The notes below the pieces were generated by a model. It had not been told where the DNA came from and searched no databases. It saw only the letters and a list, made by a program, of their open reading frames with translations. Below, one piece after another: positions 46,480 through 58,503 of a stretch of 64,000 nucleotides of DNA. The DNA is taken from NCBI GenBank assembly GCA_907165135.1, contig OU015566.1, positions 6,076,001-6,140,000 of the forward strand, written 5' to 3'. Each line of letters opens with the position of its first letter. Position 1 is the stretch's first letter. The translations under genes were made by a program, and so were the position numbers. This stretch comes from Oikopleura dioica (Eukaryota; Animalia; Chordata).

Positions 46480-49400
46480 ACCCTGGAAAAAGAGGACATA
46501 ATGAAGGAGACAGAGGACGACCCGGAATATGACTAGGGTGAATTTACAAAAAAATCAACTTTTTCCCTATGAATGCTGTCTCGTTGAAACTTGGCATGGT
46601 GAAAGATCATGCCCGAGTTTCTTCACAAAATTTTTTCTTTTAAATTTTTTTCGTTTTTCAACCCTTTTCGCCCCCATAAAAGGCTATCTTTTGAGCGCCT
46701 CAAGTGTCGGTGCTCTTTTTGGCCGGAATCGAAGCGCGGTCGGCTTCTGATCATCTTCCGAAAAAAATTTAGTGAAGCTATCACCGATGACTCAGAATCG
46801 GCATTTTAGTGTTACGTAACACTGTTATGTAACATAACTACTAAATGACAATAAGTCCTCCACTAGAATAATTGATGGTAATTTGGTGAAATTTTGGGAC
46901 GGTAGGTATTGGCCCCAACTAAAAAAATTGTAATTGAAAATTTTTTGGTCTGACCACGTGATCACGCGATACTGGCGATTCTTCTTAAAAGGAAGACTCG
47001 ATTTAAAATATAAATTATTAAAAAATAAGAATGCTATTTATGGCAATATTTTTGGCCCCGTTCCTTGGTTTTTTAATTTAAGGGGCTTGACGGCCCTTCG
47101 GGCCGTCTCAGCCCCGTTCCTTGGTTTTAATTTAAGGGCTTGACGGCCCTTCGGGCCGTCTCAGCCCCGTTCCTTGGTTTTAATTTAAGGGCTTGACGGC
47201 CCTTCGGGCCGTCTCAGCCCCGTTCCTTGGTTTTTAATTTAAGGGGCTTGACGGCCCTTCGGGCCGTCTCAGCCCCGTTCCTTGGTTTTAATTTAAGGGC
47301 TTGACGGCCCTTCGGGCCGTCTCAGCCCCGTTCCTTGGTTTTAATTTAAGGGCTTGACGGCCCTTCGGGCCGTCTCAGCCCCGTTCCTTGGTTTTAATTT
47401 AAGGGGCTTGACGGCCCTTCGGGCCGTCTCAGCCCCGTTCCTTGGTTTTTAATTTAAGGGGCTTGACGGCCCTTCGGGCCGTCTCAGCCCCGTTCCTTGG
47501 TTTTAATTTAAGGGGCTTGACGGCCCTTCGGGCCGTCTCAGCCCCGTTCCTTGGTTTTAATTTAAGGGCTTGACGGCCCTTCGGGCCGTCTCAGCCCCGT
47601 TCCTTGGTTTTAATTTAAGGGGCTTGACGGCCCTTCGGGCCGTCTCAGCCCCGTTCCTTGGTTTTAATTTAAGGGGCTTGACGGCCCTTCGGGCCGTCTC
47701 AGCCCCGTTCCTTGGTTTTAATTTAAGGGCTTGACGGCCCTTCGGGCCGTCTCAGCCCCGTTCCTTGGTTTTAATTTAAGGGGCTTGACGGCCCTTCGGG
47801 CCGTCTCAGCCCCGTTCCTTGGTTTTAATTTAAGGGCTTGACGGCCCTTCGGGCCGTCTCAGCCCCGTTCCTTGGTTTTTTAATTTAAGGGGCTTGACGG
47901 CCCTTCGGGCCGTCTCAGCCCCGTTCCTTGGTTTTTTAATTTAAGGGGCTTGACGGCCCTTCGGGCCGTCTCAGCCCCGTTCCTTGGTTTTTTAATTTAA
48001 GGGGCTTGACGGCCCTTCGGGCCGTCTCAGCCCCGTTCCTTGGTTTTTTAATTTAAGGGGCTTGACGGCCCTTCGGGCCGTCTCAGCCCCGTTCCTTGGT
48101 TTTTTAATTTAAGGGGCTTGACGGCCCTTCGGGCCGTCTCAGCCCCGTTCCTTGGTTTTTTAATTTAAGGGGCTTGACAAAGGCCTGGAAATCTGAGTTG
48201 ATCAGTCTCAGTTTCGTCCCCAACCCCTCCCACCTCCATCCAATGTAAAAATTTATATTTTTCATTTTTAAAGTCTAGTTATGGTTTTTATTGATAATTA
48301 AAAAAAACTTCTCTAACGAGAATTTACTTAGAATTTTATGAATCCAAAATAAAAATTGAAAAAAAATTAATATTCGGGCTCCGGAGCCAAAAAACCGAAA
48401 AAAATTGGAAAAAAATCGGTTTTTCGGAGGCTCCACCCTTAAAATTTTTATTAATTATATTTTTACGGGGAAGCTTTGGACCAGCCCTTTTTATGATCTA
48501 TTACAATGCAAAGAATTATTTGTCTTCCACCAAGTTATTTTCTTCCACCGGCTTTAAAAAAGGTCCTCCGGGTCATTCCTGATCGATCTGAAAGAGCTTC
48601 ACTAAATTTTTTTATTTCAAAATGATCAGTTTTTTCAGGCGCTTCGAATGAGCCTAGTCACGTTCTCGTAACTTGAGGCGCTCAAAAGTTGAGTTTTTCG
48701 GCTATTTTAGAGGGCGCTAGAAGAAAATCACGTGACATATTTAAAGAAAAACTCTTCGATATGAGATTCATATGCATGGGAAAAATTGCATACAAAATTT
48801 GAAAGCCGTACGACCCCTAGATTAAAAGTTGATTTTTGTAAATTCACCCTAAATATGACCTCACGCAAATTTATACAGAACTTTATAGGTGATCTCCGAA
48901 CATGATTGAATTTATCGATAGTTTTATTCAGCAAAGTTGGGCAAGGAAAAATCGCCGACATCAGCTTTACTGACGAGTTTTCTGAGCTTTCTTACCAGAC
49001 GAATATCGACAAATATTTAGACTTAGCAACGGATCAAAAATTAAAGATAATTTTTTCAAAAGCCTTTCCATCTTTTCGATCCAAAATTCAGTGCTTCTCG
49101 TACACTGCCAAAAACTCTACCACCTAGACGAGATCTTAGAAAAGAAGCGCGCAAGTGAACTCGCTATCCGAGCTGAGCTTAAGGCGCTTTTGCCGCCGAA
49201 AATCGCCAAATTTGTCGTTCCAACTTTGGAGGTCAAGCAAGTGCTTCTCAACCCCGTCAAGTTTATCAACAATCTCGAGGACGAGTACAAGGATTTTCGC
49301 GAAACAAATAAAGGTGTGGAGGAAGAAGACTCGTTGGAGTATCTTTTCAGAGCTATTCTAGGAAAGCGGCTTTCCTACAGCGATTGAAGAACAACTCATT

Positions 49401-52400
49401 AGTAGTTATCAACAAAAAGAAAGCCAATAAAAGCGTCGTTAATTTTACGAATGAATGGCGTTTACTTGAAAAACTACAGTTTCCACAATGCAGCTCGATT
49501 CTGCAAAGAACTGGCAATGAACAGACTGGAGGGCTTTGCCATTCAAGTCTTTCAAGGGATGAAGGCAAAAGGCTTCGAATATTTGACCTCGATCGTCGAC
49601 AAAGAAGGATATCGCCGCGTACCGTTGATCCGAATCGCCCAGCGAGCTGGTCTTTTTGAATTGCTCTCCCAAGATCTTGTGCAGCGTCAGCTCGATATTA
49701 TCTATGCTGGTGGATTAAAGAAGAGCTCTTCAAATTTCTTCAGCCAGTCGACAATAGGTATCTAATGCCAGCCAATTTATTCCCAAATGTGCGTTCTTTC
49801 AGTTTATATCCTTGGATTGGCGACGATGGGACTTTTTCCAGCAATTTTCTGCCCCGATTTCATCAAATTTGACAAAACAAAGTACTTTCTCAGGAACTAG
49901 GGTGGGCCAATTTACTAATCATAAGAGGCAAAATTGGAATTCGCTTGCCAATCAAAAGTCGATTCTGGTTGATCTTGGGGCAAGGGGTTCTTCGGCCAAT
50001 AAGAGTCCAGTATTTGCTCGATGAGCCAATAAATGAATATCTCTTTATAGTTTTGCCCACCCTAGGTCAGAAAGTTCTGGCGGGACATTTTCGGACCAGG
50101 CTATGTAACATTCGAAGGCGGTTCGCTCAAAAGATTCAACATTTCAACAACCTCCATGACCAAAACTACTTCAAAACACCGGCCGATTCAAAAGCAGTTC
50201 TCAATTTCCGAAGAGTCAAACACTTCTTCCAGCCCCGACGATTGCATCATCGTCTCCAAGGGCGAAAAAGTCAACCATTCCTTTTCCGACAAATTCCGCG
50301 ACTTCCTCTACCGCTGGCTCACCTGGAACTTTTCGACAAAAGTGATCATGCTCAACAACCTGATCACCGACTGCATCATTCTCTTCTTTCTCATGTACCT
50401 TGCCGTGGCGAAGCTCAGCTATCACTCGAACCAGTGGGACTTTGTTTTCATCGCGATCTTCGGTTGTCGGATTTTCCACCGGTTGCGGACTTGGTTTGCC
50501 AGAAAAATCTTCTTCGACTCTGAACACGCTTGGACAGTGCCAATTCGAATCGGTTTCGTCGAAAAAGTCAACATCTTCGCGATCTTGATTTCCATCCTTT
50601 TCATAACTACGAGATGGGAATTTGTCAATCAAACGCCTCGCTACGTTATGGGCCCCCTTCTTCAAGACGACGCGAGTTTTTACATTGGAAACTACACGAA
50701 AGACATTGAAACATTCCAAGCTGGGCTCGGCAAATTGACTAGAGAGCCTAGGTCAGGGTCTGAAAGAGCTAAAATGAAAAGCCGCGCAGCTTTGCTAATA
50801 TAATCATTGAAATCTATCAAAAATTCTGGCGAAGCGGCTTTTCTCATTTTAGTCTTTCAGACCCTGACTCAGGTTTTCTACTCAGGTTGCTAAGCCCAGA
50901 TTCCAAGGCTCCAATCAAAAGGCGGTTCGAGAAAAATCCGACTTTGTCATGGAGTTTTACAACGATTTTAAAAACAACGATACAAGATCGTTCAACTACT
51001 ACGAAAAACTGTACGATGGAATCAAATACATGCCCTTCCGTAGCCCTCAGAATTTCAACAACGCGATCAACAACTACTTTTTCGTCCTGCCGCCTTTTAT
51101 GGTCGGTTCTTTGTACAAAACTCCGCTTGGAAATTCGACTGTTGAAGATAGAGAGTGCAGGGGCAACATCACTCACAGAATGAGAAATAACAAAGAAGAC
51201 AAGGAAGAAGACTACCACTTTGCAGAGTGCTGCGAAAACAGGAATGTTAGCTGAAATTATTCACCAAGAAGTGTCTTTTTTTTGCCTAGCATTTTCAAGA
51301 TCGATTCGGACTCTTACCGACGGTCAAACGGTCAAAGATCAAGGAACGAATGTTGTCATCAAGCTGCTGAAATCATCAGAGAACGCTACAGTTCCAATCT
51401 GCTACTTTAGCAGAGTCAAGAATATTTCATATCTTTCATTTGTCTGGAACGTTGTTTTTCTAAATGAAATGCACTTCATAATGTTGCTCGAAAACAACCT
51501 CCGAAAGCATCAACATTATGATTTTCTTTTCAATTTTCAACTTGCTTCGATTCGCCCGTTTGTCCGTCTTTATCGGTCCTCTGATTTATGCTCTTTACAG
51601 GACTCTTTTCGACGTCCTCAAATTTGTGCCGATTTTTTTGCTCTTATTCCTCGCCTATGGAATCATTCAAAACAACCTTCTTTTTCCCAATCAACAGGTA
51701 ATTCTTCTCTAAATACAATGTTATAAGATGGCCATTTTTAGACAGAACGGGATGATGTTGCTTCTTGGGTTTTCACAGAATTTACGAATATCTTTAACCG
51801 GCCGTTTTTCCATGTTTTTGGAGAAATTTTCATCGCAGAAACAACTACTCATCGATACTACCACATCGAGGTCAGTTTTTTTCTTCGAAAATAATGCTAG
51901 AATTAAACCAAGGCGCCCTGCACGCATGCTTTCGGAGACATAAACTTGGAAGACAAAGTCCGCTGCCCAGAACGTAATGAAATTTCATCCTTTATCATGT
52001 CGGCCTATATGCTGGCTACGAATATTGTGATGGTGAATATGCTCATCGCCATGTTCAACGAAACGTATTTGAAGATGAAAAACGTAAGGACCAAAGGATT
52101 TCTTTTTAGAGCTTCTTTAGAACTCGAAATTGATCTGGGCGACAGACAGATACAAGTTCATTTTGGAAGAGTATCATTATTTCCCAAATATTTTTATTGG
52201 AGGAATTTTTCAATTTATCTTGTGCATCTGGTTCCTCATTTGCTTATTGATCCGATTCCCCGGTAAGTTTTTCAGAAGAAATTTTTCGTAATAAATTCAG
52301 TTTGGTTGGTCGTGAAAATAAAACGAAGAAAGGAAAATGCCAAGTCTCAAACAATTTTGTTTGACCAGCGCCTCGTCGGGCGAATTCTCCCAAGAAGGCC

Positions 52401-52450
52401 TGTTCATTCTGATCCTTTCGTTTTCCGAAGAAGGACGAAGGAATTTGTCA
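46480..52450 (+). CDS. TRPM-like cation channel (multi-exon; ends approximate), interrupted by two DNA transposons
   Basis: MHR4-like segments (LEYLFRAILGK; PLIRIAQRAG..LLSQDLVQRQLDIIYAG), S1-S3 in ORF 50156, S4-S5 (LLRFARLSVFIGPLIYALYRTLFDVLKF...LAYG) and S6 (AYMLATNIVMVNMLIAMFNETY). Confidence 0.8.
46534..48851. mobile_element. 2.3-kb non-autonomous hAT-type element
   Basis: TIR TAGGGTGAATTTACAAAAA..TCAACTTTT with long imperfect inverted arms; perfect 8-bp TSD AATATGAC (46526-46533 and 48852-48859). Confidence 0.88.
47055..48178. repeat. Minisatellite: 20 full units of 53-56 bp plus partial units, each with a GC-rich hairpin
   Basis: Unit TTAAGGG(G)CTTGACGGCCCTTCGGGCCGTCTCAGCCCCGTTCCTTGGTTTT(TT)AAT; units differ only in homopolymer length. 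Confidence 0.98.
50721..50899. mobile_element. Palindromic MITE (CTGGGCTCGGCAA family) inside TRP coding sequence
   Basis: TIRs CTGGGCTCGGCAA / TTGCTAAGCCCAG; perfect 8-bp TSD ATTCCAAG (50713-50720 and 50900-50907). Confidence 0.92.
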
Positions 52451-52785
52451 TAAGCGACGAAGACGGCCCAGAAGAAAATCCAGCTTTTGAAATATTACAC
52501 TAGAATATCAAATAAAAATGCAAGATATAATTCGCCTTCAATATATAAGACAAAGAACAAAGCCAACAGTACCGAGCTTTGAAAAATACCTAGAAAAAGT
52601 AGGTTTTTGAAGCTGAAAATTGTGTCATGGACCGTTTAAGTTGTCAAACAAAAGCCAATCTAATTGAATATATCTTTGAAAATAGCCTTTCACAACAAGC
52701 AAGTTCAACTTTGTTCAAATAATTGACAAGAGAAGTTTATTCGCGAATGTTGTAAATCGAAGATTTGAATACCGATAGGCCAACG

Positions 52786-53524
52786 ATGAAACTTGCTCTT
52801 TCTCTTTTTGCGCTTTCAAAAGCCAACCCATTAAATGAGAGGGTCTTTCGCGATGCCGTGGACAAAATTGCCCGTGAGAGCAGCAAGGACCGCGAGGATT
52901 TCGCTAGATTTGTCAACAATCGTGATGACACGTAAGATAGTTTCCTGATTTATCTTTGCTCATAAAGTTTTAACCGTTTTTCGACAAGTTTAGTCTTTTC
53001 GAGTTCGCTTGGGAATACTGCCATGAAGTTAACGAGCTCGAATTTGACGCAGGTCTTGACATTGATGAGCTTGCTCATTGTGGAACAGCTCTATGGGATG
53101 AGATCGGAGCTCTGATGTACGAAGACAAATATCCTCATTTAGGACAGGTTCTCTTCAGCCTCTGGGATGTAGCCGATTGGGATGGAAGCGGCTTGGTCGA
53201 CTTTGATGAATTCCGCTTCGCGGAAACCATGCTTGCCGGTGTTTACGCTCTTGTCGCTTTCGACCGACACGATCGCAACGGAGATCGAGATTTGGACCTT
53301 GACGAGGTTTCTGAGTTCGAACATGACCGTGAGAAAGAGAATTATTCATCTAGATTAGATATTTTCCAGTGATGCCCGAGGGCGAGGAGTTCGGTAATGA
53401 GAGAGCAAAAACCTTTCACGAACTCTGGGAAGAAGCAGAGCTGTTCGGCGGCTACGAGAAAACTTACATTCCCGAGGTTGCCCTCTTCTTCCTTGAACTC
53501 TGGCGAATGGTGTTTGACAATTAA
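52786..53524 (+). CDS. Secreted acidic EF-hand protein (3 exons)
   Basis: Signal peptide MKLALSLFALSKA; EF loops DWDGSGLVDFDEF and DRNGDRDLDLDEV. Confidence 0.75.
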
Positions 53525-53678
53525 GGCTATTCTTAAGAATTTTTCGACAATATCGAATAAAAAAACTTACATCTTATTCAAATTTTAAAGAGACTTTTTT
53601 ATTGATAATAAGGTGACAATTGGTTTCTAAAGAAAGTTGATCGTTGAGAAAAGAACTTTCGAAAAGCAAGCAATCAGT

Positions 53679-54168
53679 TTAGAGGAATTCGGGGAGTCCC
53701 TTGTAGACCTCAGCGGGGCACTTTGTGCCGACTTCGCAGACGTCACATTCTTCGCCATCCTTGAGGCACTTGGCGCAGGAAACGCAGTTGTAGACATCGT
53801 GGTCTTAAAAAAATATTCAAAAACGATGATACGGAGGCATTGTTTTTACCAGGATACTGAGTCTGCCAGTAGGCGAGACCGATGGATTTTTGGCCTTGAA
53901 CGAAGGCAAACTCTTCCTTAGTGCAGTGCTTGATGCACTCGCAAGCAGCGCAGCAGGTGATGCTGAAAGTGCAGCAAAAGCAGGGGGCTTTTTCGTCGGC
54001 GAAGACTGAGGACTCACCAACCAAGGCGTTGGCAGAGGCGGCAGCGACAATTGCAAGAAGGAGCTAAAATAATCATTTTAAAACAATAATTTTGGAGAAT
54101 TTTGGAGCTTTTTTTTGGATTAATCCATCAGATGTACTGTCAAAATTTTATCTGATTGTTACCTTCAT
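53679..54168 (-). CDS. Small secreted Cys-rich peptide (114 aa, 14 Cys, 3 exons)
   Basis: Exons 54163-54168, 53850-54063 and 53679-53803 sum to 345 nt with GT-AG introns. Signal peptide MKLLLAIVAAASA; TATA-like CATATATAAT upstream. Confidence 0.85.
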
Positions 54169-54988
54169 TTTTCCGATTTTTTCAATTAATGATATTTTCA
54201 GCAGATTTCAGCCGATTATATATGGGCGCGCATCTGCGTTTTCCTCCATACTGGCTCCACCTCTTTATGGGAATGCAAATTTAAATTTCGAAATATCATT
54301 GACATCGAAGAATGATACCGTATCAAATACTTTACGGCTTGGCAACCTCTGAAAAAAACCTGTGTCTGATTCAAAAAAGCTGACTTTAGAACCTAACTCA
54401 GACTTTCCACAGAGTTTCCTGTGCGCAGAGTAAGGATATCCGCCAAAAACATTGTCTAAATTGGTTCTATGAGGATAGAGTTTTATGAAAAATCAGCAAT
54501 TGCAATAAAATGCAACAAAAGTGCCAGAAAAGATCTGTTTAAAATCCCGTGTTACCCGCGTATGAGCCTCAAGGATCTCAAAATTTATGACACCGACAGG
54601 ATGGCTGTTTGCCTTCCTTATTGAAATTTTGAAAAGCTCATAAAGATGATAGAAAGTGCAAATGCCGCGCACGAATCTTGGCATCAATTTCGCCAAACAT
54701 GAAGTATGTTTTTTCGAGTTTCCAAGACCTCGCCCATAAGAGTCAATATTATCAATTCTTACCAAATGAACATTTGTAAAGGAAGGACACGTGTGGCGTC
54801 TTCATTGAAGACTCTTCAATACTGCATAATAACGTATAATATGATCATCTTATGGGAAAATTCCAACAGAAAAACCGAACTTTTACTCTTTGTTCTTCTT
54901 GTTGTGTCTTAAATACTGTGTGTCCATCTTATTTCAGCCAAGTCTCCTTATCAAGTGACTTTGAACTTGAGGTCATTTTGACTATTAA

Positions 54989-55604
54989 CAGTAGGGGTGG
55001 TCAATTTGGGAGGTTTTTTTCGGCCAATTTCTTTGAAAACTCCCAAATTGACCACCCAGCTGAAAATGATCAGATTTTCAAGAATACAAATTCTCTGGGG
55101 TGCTAAATTTTGCCGCAAAAGGCTAGCTAGGCTCTAGCCTTTTCGCCTGAATTCCCCTTAAATTTTTCGCCTTACTTCTAGGCTAGGCGAAATTTTTCCC
55201 CTTGGAAATTTTTCACGCGAAGGCTAGACTTTCTAGGCGAATACGCCTAACCTCGCATAGCCTAGCCTTTTAGGCGAATTCGCCTGGACATTTGGAACCC
55301 GGGTTCCAACCAGATCTCAGCTTATCAAATTATGATCGAGGAAACACTAGCCGTCATAAGGCGGTTCATTCTGGTAACTCTAGTGTGGCACCGTGTAGGG
55401 TTAGTCAAAAAAAGGTGAAGATATAAGTCAAACCTTCTGAAGGCTCCCGTAAAAAACTAAATATACTCGATATTCGATGCAATTTTGAATCTGAAAAGCG
55501 GTGGAATTGCGGATTCATTAAAAAATTCCATTTTTTTTTTGTTGGCTGATTTTCAAAATTTTTCGGAATTCGACCAAAAACTCCCAAATTGACCACCCCT
55601 ACTG
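54989..55604. mobile_element. Tc1/mariner-like MITE with internal repeats
   Basis: 24-bp TIR CAGTAGGGGTGGTCAATTTGGGAG; TA on the right, AA on the left. Confidence 0.7.
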
Positions 55605-56270
55605 TATTTCGCCTCAAAAGTCTCAAAAATAGAGTAATTTCGGAAAAAGGATTAGAAAGGGGTCTGTCGGGAAACATCAGAAGACGCAACCATTTTGCAG
55701 TTAATGCTCTTGCGATTCGGAATCTGTATAGAAACCCTTTATTACTTCCGCATTCTAGAGGTGGTAGAAGAGAGTTGTGCAATTACTTATTGCCAATTAG
55801 CCTTGGTACAGACCAAGGTAATCCTGGCAAAATACTTGCCTACCATAGGAAATGTAAATTACATCTGGAAATTTTCCCAAATGTCAGTCAAATAATCCTT
55901 CCCACAATTTAAGACTTTGCTCATCGCGTTCCATTTGTACTCCTTCAAAAGTTAAAAATATTGATCCAGAAGAGCAGGTCTTGCGCAACGGAAGTAAAAA
56001 TTGATGCGCGACATTTGTCATCGCCTCTTTTCGTTCCCCCCTGGTCAATTGAGCAAACAGCCAAGCCATGTCTTAAAATATCAGGCCATCTTTTGAGCAA
56101 GTCTTACCGTCTTATCCTTCTTCAAATTCCTGCGTCCGTCTTTATCACAACCGCTGAACTTTCATAAAAAGCTTATTTTTCCTTTATAAGAAAGGCTCCA
56201 TTTCAATTTGGCTCAGTAAGGAAAAATTTTTTCCTACAAAACCTGAACTATTTATGAGGTAGAGAACTAT

Positions 56271-56395
56271 ATTATATTATATTATATTATATTATATTAT
56301 ATTATATTATATTATATTATATTATATTATATTATATTATATTATATTATATTATATTATATTATATTATATTATATTATATTATATTATATTAT
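56271..56395. repeat. (ATTAT)25 microsatellite
   Basis: Perfect pentamer array ending 25 bp before the ATG at 56421. Confidence 0.98.
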
Positions 56396-56420
56396 AGAAG
56401 AATCGTCCGAAAAGCTGGAT

Positions 56421-58230
56421 ATGTGGAAAAATCTATTGCTGAGTTCATCGGTTTTCCACTCTTCATGGGCATTGAACTGCTATGAATGCGAGGTGCTCCT
56501 CGACCACCTTGGAAACATGGTCGGTTCTGGCTACGCTTCTTGCTTCGACGACCCGAGTGCAGGGAAGAGCGTCGAGTGTGAGAGCGATGCGACTCGATGT
56601 AAAACGGAGATGACAGTTGAATGGTACTTCATGGGCGAGCAGATGGTTCATATGAAGCGCGGGTGTGCCGCGAAAGGAACGGATAAGATAGAATAACTTT
56701 TATCATAATGATTTTGTTATAAATCCGATGACAGAGGATCAAACTGACAAAGACTGCGGCGATGGTGAGTTCGAAGACATCGTCAAATGGCGAACTTGCG
56801 AGGACACTTGCCAAACCAACAACTGCAACAACGAAAATCACGGCGATGCGGTCAAGGCGCTTTTCGACAGTGGCAATCGAAACCTTCAATGCCACTCCTG
56901 CACATACGCAAAGGATGCTTTCGGAAACATCATCGGCGGCTCGAACGAAGCTTGCACAAAAGAGGACGTTTCTGATGAAAACTTCCTGGTGACGTGCCCG
57001 ATTTACGCAAACGCTGCTTGCTTTACTGCTGCATCGTGGCATTTCGAAGGGTCGATCGAGGTAGAGGAGGACTACAAAGGATGTTCGACGTTTAATTACG
57101 AGTTTTCAATTTTGCAAATATATTTTTGATAGACATATTTTTTGATGATTTTTTCTCAAATCAAAATTTACGACAAAAATGAACAGTTAAAATCTCCAAA
57201 AAGACTCAAGGATGAAGAGCCAGTGTGCTTAGAGTGGGATTTCGACGAACTTGCCTACACGTCATGCAAAAACACTTGCAGTTCAAACGGATGCAATGCA
57301 AAGACCCCGGAAAGGACCAACTCCTGCTACAAGTGCGAAGCGATGATTGATCATGCCGGCAACATTGTTGGCACTGGAGACAAAGACTGCTTCGATAGCC
57401 CGAGAGAGGACATGATGGTCGACTGTGGAGTCCACGCCACATGCAGAACAGATTTTGCCGTGGAAATGTCTTTTAGTGGAGCGCAAGTTGCAAGAGTCAA
57501 ACGAGAATGCTCGCCTAAAGGAAGAATTACAAAAAAAAAATAGAAAAAAAGTTTTGCCAACTTATTTGTTAATCTTTTAAAAGGAGTTTTCGAGAGCAAC
57601 AAATGTACCCAAGGCGAAATTCCCTTCCTCGACTGGACAGGATACAAGTGGAAGGTGTGTCACGACGATTGCGAAGGCCAAGGATGCAACGATCGAGCTC
57701 ATTCAAATCAAGTTCAATCACTGTTTGATCAACGCGGCGGGGAGAAACTGAAATGCCACTCGTGCATTTTTGCGAAAGACCAGGACGGCGCCATCATTGG
57801 CGGTTCAAAACAAGAGTGTCAAAAGCCTGATACTTCCGAAGAAGGCTTCCTCGTCGAATGTCCAATCTATGCGAATGCGGCTTGCTATGCCGCTTCCTCA
57901 TGGCACTACGAGGGGCCTTTGGAAGTCGAGGAAGATTACAAAGGATGCTCGCCATTTAAAATCCCTGTTGAAGAAGAATGCAAGCCTTGGACAATGGCCA
58001 AGGATTTTAAATGAAAAATAATGTTATAAAATAATCTTTTAAAGTAATGAAAAGGTGATAAATTGACGCAAAGTTTCGAAATCCTTTTGAAAGAAAACAG
58101 TGATTACGAGACTTGTCTATCTTCCTGCGATTCTGATGGCTGTAACTCGAAAACTGCAGACAAGCCTTCTTCCGCCACCGACTTAACTTTGCAGTTCGGT
58201 TTCTTACTGTTCTCTTACTTCATGCTCTAA
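56421..58230 (+). CDS. Secreted, probably GPI-anchored protein with four Ly6/uPAR-like (three-finger) Cys domains in A-B-A-B order
   Basis: Signal peptide; repeats C..C ... C....CN; hydrophobic C-terminus FGFLLFSLLML*. Confidence 0.8.
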
Positions 58231-58503
58231 ATTTGATTAAACTTTCTTCTTGATTTTTGCGTTCTCTTTCATTACCTGAGACTTCATGCAAGGGCACTTG
58301 TTTTAAAAATTTCAGTTCGAACTTATCGCAAATTCATTCCCACTTGATACTTTCTTTTATCTGAATAATTATGTTATTTTTATTTTATACGGAAGATATA
58401 TTTATTATTTTATACAAAAGCACCCTTTCCGGTCTCACGAAGAATACAATCATATCAAAAAGTATGTATTTATCTTATCCTTTCTGTTAGGATAAAAGCA
58501 GAG

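Noticed and set aside
47055-48178. CRISPR array
   Set aside because: Palindromic repeats but no unique spacers, no cas genes, and a eukaryotic context.
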